Of a stretch of 64,000 nucleotides of DNA, positions 18,968 through 26,871 are shown piece by piece (the stretch's first letter is position 1; every line of letters begins with the position of its first letter). Source of the stretch: a virus; the IMG/VR virus record IMGVR_UViG_3300036832_001166, positions 61,433 through 125,432 of that record; one strand, given 5' to 3'. The position numbers and the translations under genes are program-made. The notes beneath the pieces were generated by a model, which did no database searches, was not told the origin of the DNA, and saw only the letters and a list, made by a program, of their open reading frames with translations.

Positions 18968-19442
18968 AACTCTCCAGCCGCTGCTTGAGTCGCTCGATCG
19001 CGGCTTTGGCGGCTTCAACTTCGCCGGGCTCGGCGTTCGCGGACGGGTCGAGCACGCGTTCCATCAGCTCGATCCGGCGTTGCAGCGGGCGGCGTTTGGC
19101 CATGCTGTTGAGCACGTCGTTGACGCTGTCGCGCAGGTACTCCAGCTCTTCGACGAACCGCTCCTCGTCGTACTCGTCGATCACCTTCTCGACGGCGTTG
19201 TCGTATGTGCTGGTGTAGGTGAGGTCGGCCGCGATCAACTTCTCGATGTACCGGATCACCGCGATCAGGTCTTCGGTCTTGCGGTGGTATTGGTCGCGCA
19301 GGCCGGGCCGGTGCCGGTAGCTCGGCTTGGTCGTCCAGCCGTACCATTGCTGGAACGCGGGCTGGGTGTAGATCGACCCTTCGTTCACGTGGTACAGCTC
19401 GCCGTCGATGACCGACCGGACGTAGATCTTCTTGGGCATCAC
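18966..19442 (-). CDS. Hypothetical protein with DUF2786-like C-terminal helical hairpin
   Basis: Good codon usage; C-terminus RIELMERVLDPSANAEPGEVEAAKAAIERL; coupled to the upstream gene. Confidence 0.65.
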   Translation of the reverse strand: MMPKKIYVRSVIDGELYHVNEGSIYTQPAFQQWYGWTTKPSYRHRPGLRDQYHRKTEDLIAVIRYIEKLIAADLTYTSTYDNAVEKVIDEYDEERFVEELEYLRDSVNDVLNSMAKRRPLQRRIELMERVLDPSANAEPGEVEAAKAAIERLKQRLES

Positions 19443-20095
19443 GCCGCCTCGTCGAGTCGGTCTTCCAGCTCGGCGGCCTTGGTGTAGAAGCTGTCGGCCT
19501 CCTCAGGGTTGCCGAGCGCGAGCACGCTGTCGGCCTTGTCGCGCAGCGCCTTGATCTTGTCGCGGAGCTGCTTGTCGCCGCGCTGCGTGTCGATCCCGGC
19601 CACGAGCCGCGTGAGTGCGTCGAGCGCCGAGACGGCGCCGTCGTACACCTCTTCCAGCTCGTTGTCGGGCACCGAGTCCTTCGACCAGTAGATCATCGGC
19701 TGGATCCGCCGGGCGTGCAGCGCCAGCTCCAGCACCTTGCGGCGCTCCTGGATCCAGCGCGAGCGGCTGGACGTGCCCGCTTCCTTCTCCATCCGGCGGT
19801 AGCCGCTGATCTGCGTCGCGAGCCCGCTTAGCTCGTGCTTGGGCCCGCTGGCGGCGCGCTCCTTGTAGGCGATCACGCACCGGATCCCGAACAGGATCGT
19901 CGGCGACAGCGGCTTACGCTCGGTGCCGTCAGCCCGGCGCGCGGGCCAGTCGTCAGTCCCGGCCTTGGACGCGGCCACGATCGCGTCCCGTGGCTTGCGC
20001 CGGATCAGCATCTTCTCCACCCACTCCACCACGGCATCGTCGTGCGCGATGCTGTCGCGGCCCCCGATCAGGGAGGTCCAGTCTCTTGCCATCAT
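19439..20095 (-). CDS. Hypothetical protein with DUF2786-like C-terminal helical hairpin
   Basis: GACCGAGGAG before ATG 20095; C-terminus KIKALRDKADSVLALGNPEEADSFYTKAAEL. Confidence 0.7.
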   Translation of the reverse strand: MMARDWTSLIGGRDSIAHDDAVVEWVEKMLIRRKPRDAIVAASKAGTDDWPARRADGTERKPLSPTILFGIRCVIAYKERAASGPKHELSGLATQISGYRRMEKEAGTSSRSRWIQERRKVLELALHARRIQPMIYWSKDSVPDNELEEVYDGAVSALDALTRLVAGIDTQRGDKQLRDKIKALRDKADSVLALGNPEEADSFYTKAAELEDRLDEAA

Positions 20096-20195
20096 TGTCT
20101 CCTCGGTCTTTGATGCAGGGGGCCGGGCTGCCGGTGCTAGCGGAGCGAGGTCACCCGTCGCTGGCCTAGCAGCGCCACCCCGGCCCTTCCTGCGG

Positions 20196-20915
20196 TTACT
20201 CGTCCTCTTCGCCGTTCGCTTCGGCGCGGAGGGTGTAGGCGGCCAGGGCCTTGTCACCGGCCTGCTTGGCTGCCTTCTTCAGAGCCGAGCGGGCCCGGCC
20301 CTTGAGCGTCGGAAGCTGCCGGGTGAACAGGCCCACCTGCTCAGCGGCACCGACCAGCGCGATCTCGGCCTTGTCGGTCATCGGTCGGATGATCTCGGCC
20401 TCGACGTACTTCGCCTCGTTGGTCAGGAACAGGTAGTCGCCTGCCTTGACCAGCACGAGGTCGTCCAGCTCGTCGCGGACCCAGCGCTGCAGGGTGCCGC
20501 CGTACTTGTGGTCGACCAGCTTCCAGATGTGCTGCTCGGCCTTGTGCCACGCGGTGCGGGCAAGCGCGTCCTGCGCGTCCCACGCGTCGGCGTCGCCGTG
20601 GGGCGGCGGCACCGGCTCGTTGGTTAGCAGCGCTCCCGCGACCAGGTAGCGGTGGATCGGCACGTCGAGCCGCTCCTCCTTGGCCGCCCCGACAACATGG
20701 TCCTGAGCGATCGCGAAGATGGCCTTCTTGATCGCTTCGTTGTCGACCTTCTCCACGGGCGTGATCTTGCTGTCGTCGACGTACGTGAACTCGTACTCGC
20801 GCAGCAGCGCCCGCATCGCCAATGCCTCGGTGACCGAGACGCTGGCGCTTGACCTGACCGCCTCCTCGTAGGCCTGGACGGCCTCCGCGAGGTGGTCCTG
20901 GGATTGTGTAGCCAT
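20196..20915 (-). CDS. Hypothetical helical protein, first gene of the leftward operon divergent from the RAMP-like gene
   Basis: GGAAGGAAGG RBS before ATG 20915; coding-like composition. Confidence 0.75.
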   Translation of the reverse strand: MATQSQDHLAEAVQAYEEAVRSSASVSVTEALAMRALLREYEFTYVDDSKITPVEKVDNEAIKKAIFAIAQDHVVGAAKEERLDVPIHRYLVAGALLTNEPVPPPHGDADAWDAQDALARTAWHKAEQHIWKLVDHKYGGTLQRWVRDELDDLVLVKAGDYLFLTNEAKYVEAEIIRPMTDKAEIALVGAAEQVGLFTRQLPTLKGRARSALKKAAKQAGDKALAAYTLRAEANGEEDE

Positions 20916-21008
20916 GCCCTTCCTTCCTGCCGGTGCGAGGTTGCCCGTCGCTCGGCGGTTGACTCCGGTGCGAGGGCCTGGCTCGGCCCGTCGCTCGGCA
21001 TGGCCGGG

Positions 21009-21058
21009 ACTGTAGCACACGACTTGTTTGACGGGTCGCACGAATCGTGTGCTACAGT
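21009..21058. promoter_or_regulatory. Divergent promoter pair formed by a perfect 14-bp inverted repeat
   Basis: ACTGTAGCACACGA (21009-21022) and TCGTGTGCTACAGT (21045-21058); each arm carries TGC-TACAGT pointing outward. Confidence 0.8.
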
Positions 21059-21152
21059 TCGCCCCCTCGGCCATGCATGGCACGGTAAGGCTGGTACGGC
21101 CGGGGCACATAATGCGAACTGCCTCAATGACGAGGCAAGGGGGCAAACCCAC

Positions 21153-21869
21153 ATGATGAATGGGCCTGTCCGACGGGTGATCCCCGTCGGATACCAGGTG
21201 TACAGGCTGCGGTTGGATGGACAGTCGCCGCTTCTGATGAACTCGTCCGAGTACGACCGGGCGAGCGACACATACCGAGCGTTCAAGGCGCTCGGCAGCA
21301 AGCGCGGCAAGACGATCGAGGACGAGCTACGTCTCGGCGAGCTGGAGTTCCACCTCGGGCTGCACTACGACGAGAAGGTCGGAGTGTTCATCCCCGGGAT
21401 CAACCTCAAGGAGCTGATCCGCTCCGCCGCCACGAAGTACCGCAAGGGCGAGGAGATCCGGCGCAGCCTGATCGTGCCGGACTACCGGATCCCGCTGATC
21501 TACGACGGCCCGCGCACGCCCGCGGAGCTGTACGCGCAGGGCTATTACGACACGCGCATGGTCGCGAACGCTGGCGCCGGTTCCGGCCGCGTGCCGAGGA
21601 CACGACCCGCGTTTGAGGAGTGGGCGATCGAGACCGACATCGCGTTCGATCCGGAGGATCTCGACGACGACCTCGTCCAGAACGCCATCGACCGCAGCAC
21701 GAAGTACGGCTTCGGGGATGGGCGCTCGATCGGCTTCGGCGCGTTTGAGCCGACGTTGACATTTCTCAGGCGTCAGTCGAAGGTCAGCAAGGCGGATGCG
21801 GTCAAGGCTCCGAACGGCCGCGCGAAGACCAACCTGGCGGCGGCGACGTCGCGGATCCTGAGTTCGTAG
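21153..21869 (+). CDS. Solitary RAMP/Cas7-like RNA-binding protein (Vipr-like candidate)
   Basis: N-terminal strand YRLRLDGQSPLLMN and C-terminal glycine-rich loop YGFGDGRSIGFGAF (GxGxxRSxGxG), hallmarks of the RAMP fold. No other cas gene or CRISPR array in the window. GGY-NN arrays begin at its stop codon. Confidence 0.7.
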   Translation: MMNGPVRRVIPVGYQVYRLRLDGQSPLLMNSSEYDRASDTYRAFKALGSKRGKTIEDELRLGELEFHLGLHYDEKVGVFIPGINLKELIRSAATKYRKGEEIRRSLIVPDYRIPLIYDGPRTPAELYAQGYYDTRMVANAGAGSGRVPRTRPAFEEWAIETDIAFDPEDLDDDLVQNAIDRSTKYGFGDGRSIGFGAFEPTLTFLRRQSKVSKADAVKAPNGRAKTNLAAATSRILSS

Positions 21870-22043
21870 GCCTTGGCGCGGTAGGGCGCGGCCCGGCGGG
21901 TTCGGCACGGACGGCTCGGTTGGCCAGGCCCGGACCGGCAGGGCTCGGCCGGGCGAGGCTCGGCACGTCCGGCTAGGCGGGGCATGGCACGGCACGGGTC
22001 GTTCTATGCGGGGGCCGGTCGAATGATCGGCCTCCTGCGTAGA
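21869..22043 (+). ncRNA. GGY-NN array 1 (about 26 units) with 3' hairpin
   Basis: GGCGC GGTAG GGCGC GGCCC ... GGCAT GGCAC GGCAC GGG, then an 18-bp stem with one bulge and a GAAT loop (22003-22043). Confidence 0.75.
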
Positions 22044-22046
22044 CAC

Positions 22047-22278
22047 GGCTGGGCGCGGTTGGCAAGGCTCGGATGGCGTGGACTGGCTAGGCTCGGAACG
22101 GTTGGGCGTGGTAGGCGAGGCGGGCGAGGCGAGGCGGGCAAGGCCCGGCTTGGCGAGGTTGGTAAGGCGGGGTACGGCATGGCAGGCTTGGCACGGCGTG
22201 ACATGGCGGGGCAATGCCCGGCGTGGCACGGCAAGGCACGGCACGGGATCACCGGCAGCCTTCGGGCTGCCGGTGATC
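22047..22278 (+). ncRNA. GGY-NN array 2 (about 41 units) with perfect 3' hairpin
   Basis: GGCTG GGCGC GGTT GGCAA ... GGCAA GGCAC GGCAC GG, then GATCACCGGCAGCC-ttcg-GGCTGCCGGTGATC (22247-22278) followed by ACTTT. Confidence 0.75.
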
Positions 22279-22311
22279 ACTTTCGTCTGCGGCCGGTCGT
22301 AGACTCACGCT

Positions 22312-22836
22312 GTGATCGAGTTCGTGGTTCTCGGCAGGCCAGTCACGAAGGGTTCGACGACGTCGTTCGCTGCCAAGCGGAAGGACGGCACGCTCGTCAC
22401 GCGCGAGAACGGCAACCCGGTGGTCGTGACCCGCAACGCGTCCGGCGCCCGCGGCCGCACCTGGGAGAACGCCGTTGCGAGCTGCGCCCTGGAGGCGCGC
22501 GAGCTGGCCGGGGGCCGCATCGCCCGCGGCGAGCCGGTCGGCATCGAGGTGGTCTTCTTCCAGCCGCGGCTCGCCTCCCACTTCGGCACCGGCCGCAATG
22601 CGTGCAAGCTAAAGGACTCCGCGCCGCCGTTCCCGGCCACCCGGCCGGACGTCGATAAGTACCTGCGCGCGGTGCTCGATGCGCTCACTTCGGTGCTCTA
22701 CGCCGACGATGGACAGGTCGTGACCGTCCGCGCGGAGAAGCGGTTCGGCGATCCGGCGCGCGCGGAGATCCGCTGCTGGGTAGTGTCTGCGCTACCGGTC
22801 GACGGTCAGCTTGGCTTGGAGCTGGCGGTCGCCTAA
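22312..22836 (+). CDS. rusA: RusA-family Holliday junction resolvase
   Basis: FVVLGRPVTKGS; RPDVDKYLRAVLDALTSVLYADDGQVV. Confidence 0.85.
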   Translation: MIEFVVLGRPVTKGSTTSFAAKRKDGTLVTRENGNPVVVTRNASGARGRTWENAVASCALEARELAGGRIARGEPVGIEVVFFQPRLASHFGTGRNACKLKDSAPPFPATRPDVDKYLRAVLDALTSVLYADDGQVVTVRAEKRFGDPARAEIRCWVVSALPVDGQLGLELAVA

Positions 22837-22895
22837 AGGTTCGTACCGAGGAGACGACCGGCCTGGGTTCCACGCACCCGGGCCGGTCACCCCGG

Positions 22896-23174
22896 CTACG
22901 CCCAGCCCGCGAGCGTGTCGACCTGCTTGCGCCCCTGACGGCTCTTGTCCAGCGCCGCCTTGTGCTCGTCACCGGCGGCGCGACGCTCGTGGTAGATCGC
23001 GCTCTCAAGCTCAGCGATCGCGACGTCGCGCAGCGCCTTGATGTCAAGGTCGGCGTTGAGCTGCGCGATCACGACCGCGTGCAAGAGCGCATCAGCTCGG
23101 CGCCGGGCCTTCCGCGCCAGCGTCGCCCACCTCGGTGGCTGCATCGCCTTGAGCTGTTCGCGGGACAGGCTCAC
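22896..23174 (-). CDS. Hypothetical protein
   Basis: GTGA-coupled to the upstream gene; helical coding sequence. Confidence 0.55.
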   Translation of the reverse strand: MSLSREQLKAMQPPRWATLARKARRRADALLHAVVIAQLNADLDIKALRDVAIAELESAIYHERRAAGDEHKAALDKSRQGRKQVDTLAGWA

Positions 23175-23875
23175 AGCTCCAGCCCGTCCCGCGTGCGCTG
23201 TTCCATCTGGCTGATGATCCGGCGGCCCATCGCCCAGCAGCCGCCCGGCTGCCGCGGCGCCAGCGACCCGTACACGATCCACGGCCAGCGCTTCTGCAGG
23301 CCGTCGGCGAGGATCCGGTGAAAGCCTTCGGTGTGGGTTTGGAGTCGAACTCCCTTCGTCCTCGTCTGGTACGGCGAGGCGAGGTGCGCGGCCTCGTGGT
23401 AGATCAGCTCCAGCCCGCCCTCGTAGCTGGCGTTGCTGCCGAACGTGAACCACACGTCGAACCCGCCGAGGACGGCGCGGCCGGTGTGGTAGTGCTTGTC
23501 GCCGCGGCGGATCGTGATGTTCAGATCGTCGATCGTCGGCTTGCTCCTGGCCGACCAGCCGTCGAAGAAGCCCATGTCGGTCAGGGCGCGGCGCAGCTCA
23601 GCGCGGACGTCCAGCTCGCGCTCGCGTCCGCGCGCGTCGTTCAGCTTGACGATCCAATGCTCGCGTGCCTTCTCCCGCTTCTGACGCGCACGCGCCGCCT
23701 TCGCGACCCGGCCGCGTTCGCGCTCGCGCTCCAATGCCGGAGCGTGACGCTTGACCAGCCGACCGGTCTCAAGTGAGCACGGCCAGCAGAAGCGCCTGAC
23801 GTCGTCGGCGCGCATCCGCTCCGGCGCGAGCACGCCCGAGTGATTCGGGTTGTCGCATATCCACGTCCTGGCCAT
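23171..23875 (-). CDS. SprT-like zincin metalloprotease with N-terminal Cys/His motif
   Basis: LIYHEAAH (HExxH) followed by H..GFHRIL; CDNPNH...CWPC. Confidence 0.6.
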   Translation of the reverse strand: MARTWICDNPNHSGVLAPERMRADDVRRFCWPCSLETGRLVKRHAPALERERERGRVAKAARARQKREKAREHWIVKLNDARGRERELDVRAELRRALTDMGFFDGWSARSKPTIDDLNITIRRGDKHYHTGRAVLGGFDVWFTFGSNASYEGGLELIYHEAAHLASPYQTRTKGVRLQTHTEGFHRILADGLQKRWPWIVYGSLAPRQPGGCWAMGRRIISQMEQRTRDGLEL

Positions 23876-24075
23876 CAGTACCACCGCGGCGTCCGCCGCG
23901 TGGCGAGATGCCATCCGTCGCAGAGTGTGCAGCGGTAGGCGGTGACGTTGTAGCCGTAACGCTCGGCGTAGTGCATCGCCTCCGCGTGGCTGTCGAACCG
24001 GCGCTTGGGTTTGCCGTCAGCGGTGAAGTGCTCGCCGACGATCCGCTGGCGCGAGCGCTGACGCTTGCGCATCAT
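23875..24075 (-). CDS. Small Zn-ribbon protein
   Basis: AYRCTLCDGWHLA motif; preceded by CCGACCGAGGGAG. Confidence 0.7.
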   Translation of the reverse strand: MMRKRQRSRQRIVGEHFTADGKPKRRFDSHAEAMHYAERYGYNVTAYRCTLCDGWHLATRRTPRWY

Positions 24076-24281
24076 CCGCTCCCTCGGTCGGGGTGCTCGG
24101 GGCAGCCTCGGCAGCGCGGCAGGTGCCACTTCTCGCGGCCTGCCGCGTAGTCGAGGTAGCCGTCGTACCAGGCGTCGGGCGCGTTCGTGGCGTCGCCGTG
24201 CTCCAGTGTGGCGGCGCTGCCGCCGGAGTAGCGCCAGCCTCGGTTGTACCAGCGCTTGTACTCAGCGCTCAGGTCGATCAT
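24072..24281 (-). CDS. Small hypothetical protein
   Basis: Preceded by operator-promoter (24331) and CCGACCGAGGAG (24287-24298). Confidence 0.7.
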   Translation of the reverse strand: MIDLSAEYKRWYNRGWRYSGGSAATLEHGDATNAPDAWYDGYLDYAAGREKWHLPRCRGCPEHPDRGSG

Positions 24282-24330
24282 CAAAGCTCCTCGGTCGGAT
24301 GGTGCGGCCACGAGGACCGCACCTCCAGTG

Positions 24331-24349
24331 TAGCACACGTCGTGTGCCA
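24331..24349 (-). promoter_or_regulatory. Operator/extended -10 promoter (leftward)
   Basis: TAGCACAC-GTC-GTGTGCCA; the minus strand reads GTGTGC-TACACT. Confidence 0.75.
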
Positions 24350-24354
24350 GTCGG

Positions 24355-25011
24355 TTAGTCGATGCGCGACTGGGCCCAGGCCTCGATGCCTGCTTCGCGC
24401 AGCACCTTGGCGATGGCCGTGGCCGCCGCATCCCACCGCGCGTAGGACTGCGAGTACCGGTCCCCGCACACCTTCCAGGTGCTCATGGCCACGCCCCCGG
24501 CGTAGCTGTCGCGCCGCGCCATTCCCTCGCTGAGGAGGTAGCGCGCGAACCGTGAGCCGCCGGGTTTGACGTTGACCCAGGCGGTCCCGCAGATACCCTC
24601 GCTGACGCCGTAGATCGGCTGAGAGGGATCCGCGCCGCCGTCGTCGCCGCCGGTCAGGGAGCCCATCACATCGCGGGGCGTGTACACCACCATCGGCGTC
24701 GGCACGGCGCCGCGGAACGCGGCCTCACCGGCCTCACCGGCTCGGGCGATGAGCGCCTTCATGTCGGCCTTGCTCATCTTCACCGACCCGCCGCCCTGGA
24801 CCTTGCGCACGCAGCTCGTGCAGATCGCGTAGTCACGCATACCAGCCGTGTCCTTACGCTCGATCCGCCCGCGGGTCCAGGAGCCACGCCGGTCACCCTT
24901 GATCTCCGCGACGTCCTTACCGCATATCGTGCGTGTAGACTCGGCGTCGGCGGCGTAGTGCCAGCGGGGTTGACGGTAGGCGCCCGGATTAGTTTTCCGG
25001 ATCGCTTCCAC
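24355..25011 (-). CDS. Hypothetical protein
   Basis: GTG start 10 nt after CCGACCGAGGAG (25022-25033); coding-like. Confidence 0.65.
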   Translation of the reverse strand: MEAIRKTNPGAYRQPRWHYAADAESTRTICGKDVAEIKGDRRGSWTRGRIERKDTAGMRDYAICTSCVRKVQGGGSVKMSKADMKALIARAGEAGEAAFRGAVPTPMVVYTPRDVMGSLTGGDDGGADPSQPIYGVSEGICGTAWVNVKPGGSRFARYLLSEGMARRDSYAGGVAMSTWKVCGDRYSQSYARWDAAATAIAKVLREAGIEAWAQSRID

Positions 25012-25066
25012 TTGCTGATACCTCCTCGGTCGGGGGGAGTCGGCCATTCCGGCCGCATCTAGAGTG

Positions 25067-25085
25067 TAGCACACATCGCGTGCTA
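25067..25085. promoter_or_regulatory. Single palindrome acting as two divergent extended -10 promoters
   Basis: TAGCACAC-ATC-GCGTGCTA with TACACT leftward and TATCAT rightward; CCGACCGAGGAG on both sides, facing outward. Confidence 0.8.
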
Positions 25086-25119
25086 TCATTGTCGGCGTAA
25101 CCCGACCGAGGAGAAAACG

Positions 25120-25311
25120 ATGCACTACGGATACGACGAGCTGGACTGGGTCCCGTCGGCTGACGGGTGGGCGCGCGCTACGGTGACGCTCTGGCGGAAC
25201 GACACCGCGTGGAACCCGGCCAGCACCAAGCGCGACATCTACGGTCCGGCGCGCATTGAGTACACGCAGGGACCGGACGGGGGCGTCGACGCCGCCGTGT
25301 CGGACGCGTGA
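25120..25311 (+). CDS. Small hypothetical protein
   Basis: CCGACCGAGGAG at 25102-25113 before the ATG. Confidence 0.7.
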   Translation: MHYGYDELDWVPSADGWARATVTLWRNDTAWNPASTKRDIYGPARIEYTQGPDGGVDAAVSDA

Positions 25312-25595
25312 CGGTGGACACTGACCCGCGCGCGGAGGAGCGAGCTGCGCGCGAACAGCACCGCCAGCTCACGCGCGCTCGCAAGGAGGCCGACCGCAAG
25401 CGCGAGAAGGAGGCCGGTACGAAGCTCGCGGGGATCATCCGCGAGGAGCTGGCCCGACCTCGCGCGCGCGCCTGCCGGTGCGGGATCACCTCACGCACGA
25501 CGCGCGCCGAGCTTCAGGCGCTGGGCGCGGGCTGCACCACCGGTAGGTGGGTCTGTCCGGTGCTGGATACGATCCGGCGCCGGATGGACCGGTAA
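25308..25595 (+). CDS. Hypothetical protein with Cys motif
   Basis: GTGA coupling; CRCG...CTTGRWVC. Confidence 0.6.
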   Translation: MTVDTDPRAEERAAREQHRQLTRARKEADRKREKEAGTKLAGIIREELARPRARACRCGITSRTTRAELQALGAGCTTGRWVCPVLDTIRRRMDR

Positions 25596-25611
25596 CGCCA
25601 ATCGTGTGCTA
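25593..25611 (+). promoter_or_regulatory. Degenerate operator/extended -10 promoter upstream of the HTH gene
   Basis: TAACGCCA-ATC-GTGTGCTA followed by CCCT (TGC-TACCCT). Confidence 0.55.
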
Positions 25612-25702
25612 CCCTGAAGGAATCATGACGACCACCAGGGGGAGCGCGAAAGCGAAGTCGGATCGCGGCCAGGCTCACGTGAGTCGCTCCAGAGAGGGAA
25701 CG

Positions 25703-25966
25703 ATGAGCAAGGAGAACGGCAGCGAGCCGATGGGGCCGCCTAAGCAGCCGCGCGCGGTCAGGCAGCTCGACATCGTCGGGACGGCCGAGGCCGCGAAGCT
25801 GCTCGGCGTCGAGCGTCCGCGCATCGGCCGGTGGGTCAAGCGCGGCGTGATGCCGCCGACCGCGGCGATGCTGCAAGCGACACCGGTCTGGTACCGCCGC
25901 GACATCCTGAAGATGCAGGGCTGGGTCGAGCGCAACCGCCGCAACCGCGAGCCGGTGGCGGGCTGA
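25703..25966 (+). CDS. Helix-turn-helix DNA-binding protein (HTH_17/AlpA/excisionase-like)
   Basis: IVGTAEAAKLLGVERPRIGRWVKRGVMP...PVWYRRDI; GAGAGGG RBS. Confidence 0.8.
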   Translation: MSKENGSEPMGPPKQPRAVRQLDIVGTAEAAKLLGVERPRIGRWVKRGVMPPTAAMLQATPVWYRRDILKMQGWVERNRRNREPVAG

Positions 25967-25970
25967 CTGC

Positions 25971-26189
25971 ATGCACCGCGCCGAACGCGCCCGGCTGGCG
26001 CGCGAAGCGGCGCTGGAACGCATCCGCCGCCAGCAGGAGGAGGGGCTGCTCACGATCCGCCAGATGACCCCGGAGGAGCGGGAGCGTTGGGGGCCGCCGC
26101 GCGACCGCCCGACGGGCCGCAAGCCGGGCTACCGGGCGTCGCTGGCGCGGTTCCAGCAGCCCGCCGACGGCGTCCGCGACGACACGTAG
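25971..26189 (+). CDS. Small basic hypothetical protein
   Basis: Fills the gap in the + operon; LTIRQMTPEERERWG. Confidence 0.55.
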   Translation: MHRAERARLAREAALERIRRQQEEGLLTIRQMTPEERERWGPPRDRPTGRKPGYRASLARFQQPADGVRDDT

Positions 26190-26224
26190 GCTCCCCCGCA
26201 AAACCCGACCCGAGGAGGCCAGAG

Positions 26225-26491
26225 ATGGCAGTAGCGAAGCCCACGACCGCGACCGAGTACGTGGTGCTGGAGCAGCGCGAGCTGAAGGACCCTAAGAACG
26301 ACGAGACGGTCGTCGCATGGGTCGAGTCCGGCGTTGTCACCGGTACGACTCGCACGGGCGTGGCTCTGGAGATCGCGGGAGATCGTGAGGGCATCTGGCG
26401 TCCGGTGCCGACTCGCAACTGGGCCGACGCCATCCGGACGCGCGAGGAAGTCAGCCGGAAGATGAAGGCCGAGCCCGTGGAGGCCTTCTGA
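26225..26491 (+). CDS. Hypothetical protein
   Basis: CCGACCCGAGGAG before ATG 26225. Confidence 0.7.
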   Translation: MAVAKPTTATEYVVLEQRELKDPKNDETVVAWVESGVVTGTTRTGVALEIAGDREGIWRPVPTRNWADAIRTREEVSRKMKAEPVEAF

Positions 26492-26493
26492 CC

Positions 26494-26871
26494 GTGGCCG
26501 TAGGGCGTAAGCCAACCTGCAACTGTGGCGAGTGCCTGAAGTGCAAGCGGCGCGTCTACATGCGGACGTGGTATGGCCGCAAGACGTTTGAGGAACGGCG
26601 AGCCCACGTCGCCAGGCGCGATCCTGAGAGGGTGCGAGCTGCGGATCAGGCCCGCAGGCCTGCCAGGAAAGAGGCCAAGGACTACGCGCTCAAGAAGTAC
26701 GCGAACGGGCAGGTGGCGATTGCTCTGCGGAGCGGGAAGCTCCAGCGTGGCGCATGCGAGGTCTGCGGAGCGCCGGATGCGCAGGCGCACCACGACGACT
26801 ACGAGCGCGCGCTGGACATACGCTGGCTATGCACCGAGCATCACGCGGCGGAGCACAGGGTGTTCACGTGA
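26494..26871 (+). CDS. HNH-like endonuclease (HHxDY type)
   Basis: CEVCG...AQAHHDDYERALDIRWLCTEHH. Confidence 0.7.
   Translation: MAVGRKPTCNCGECLKCKRRVYMRTWYGRKTFEERRAHVARRDPERVRAADQARRPARKEAKDYALKKYANGQVAIALRSGKLQRGACEVCGAPDAQAHHDDYERALDIRWLCTEHHAAEHRVFT

Noticed and set aside
21869-22278. CRISPR array or plain microsatellite
   Set aside because: There are no 23-50-nt repeats with unique spacers. It is also not a simple microsatellite, because the NN positions vary while GGY is fixed and the same design recurs with hairpins at four loci.
21773-22658. ORFs over the arrays (21984-22658+, 22078-22302+, 22004-22252-, 21327-22280-)
   Set aside because: They are low-complexity Arg/Gly/Ala/Pro translations of a 5-nt-period repeat, with no RBS and atypical codon usage.
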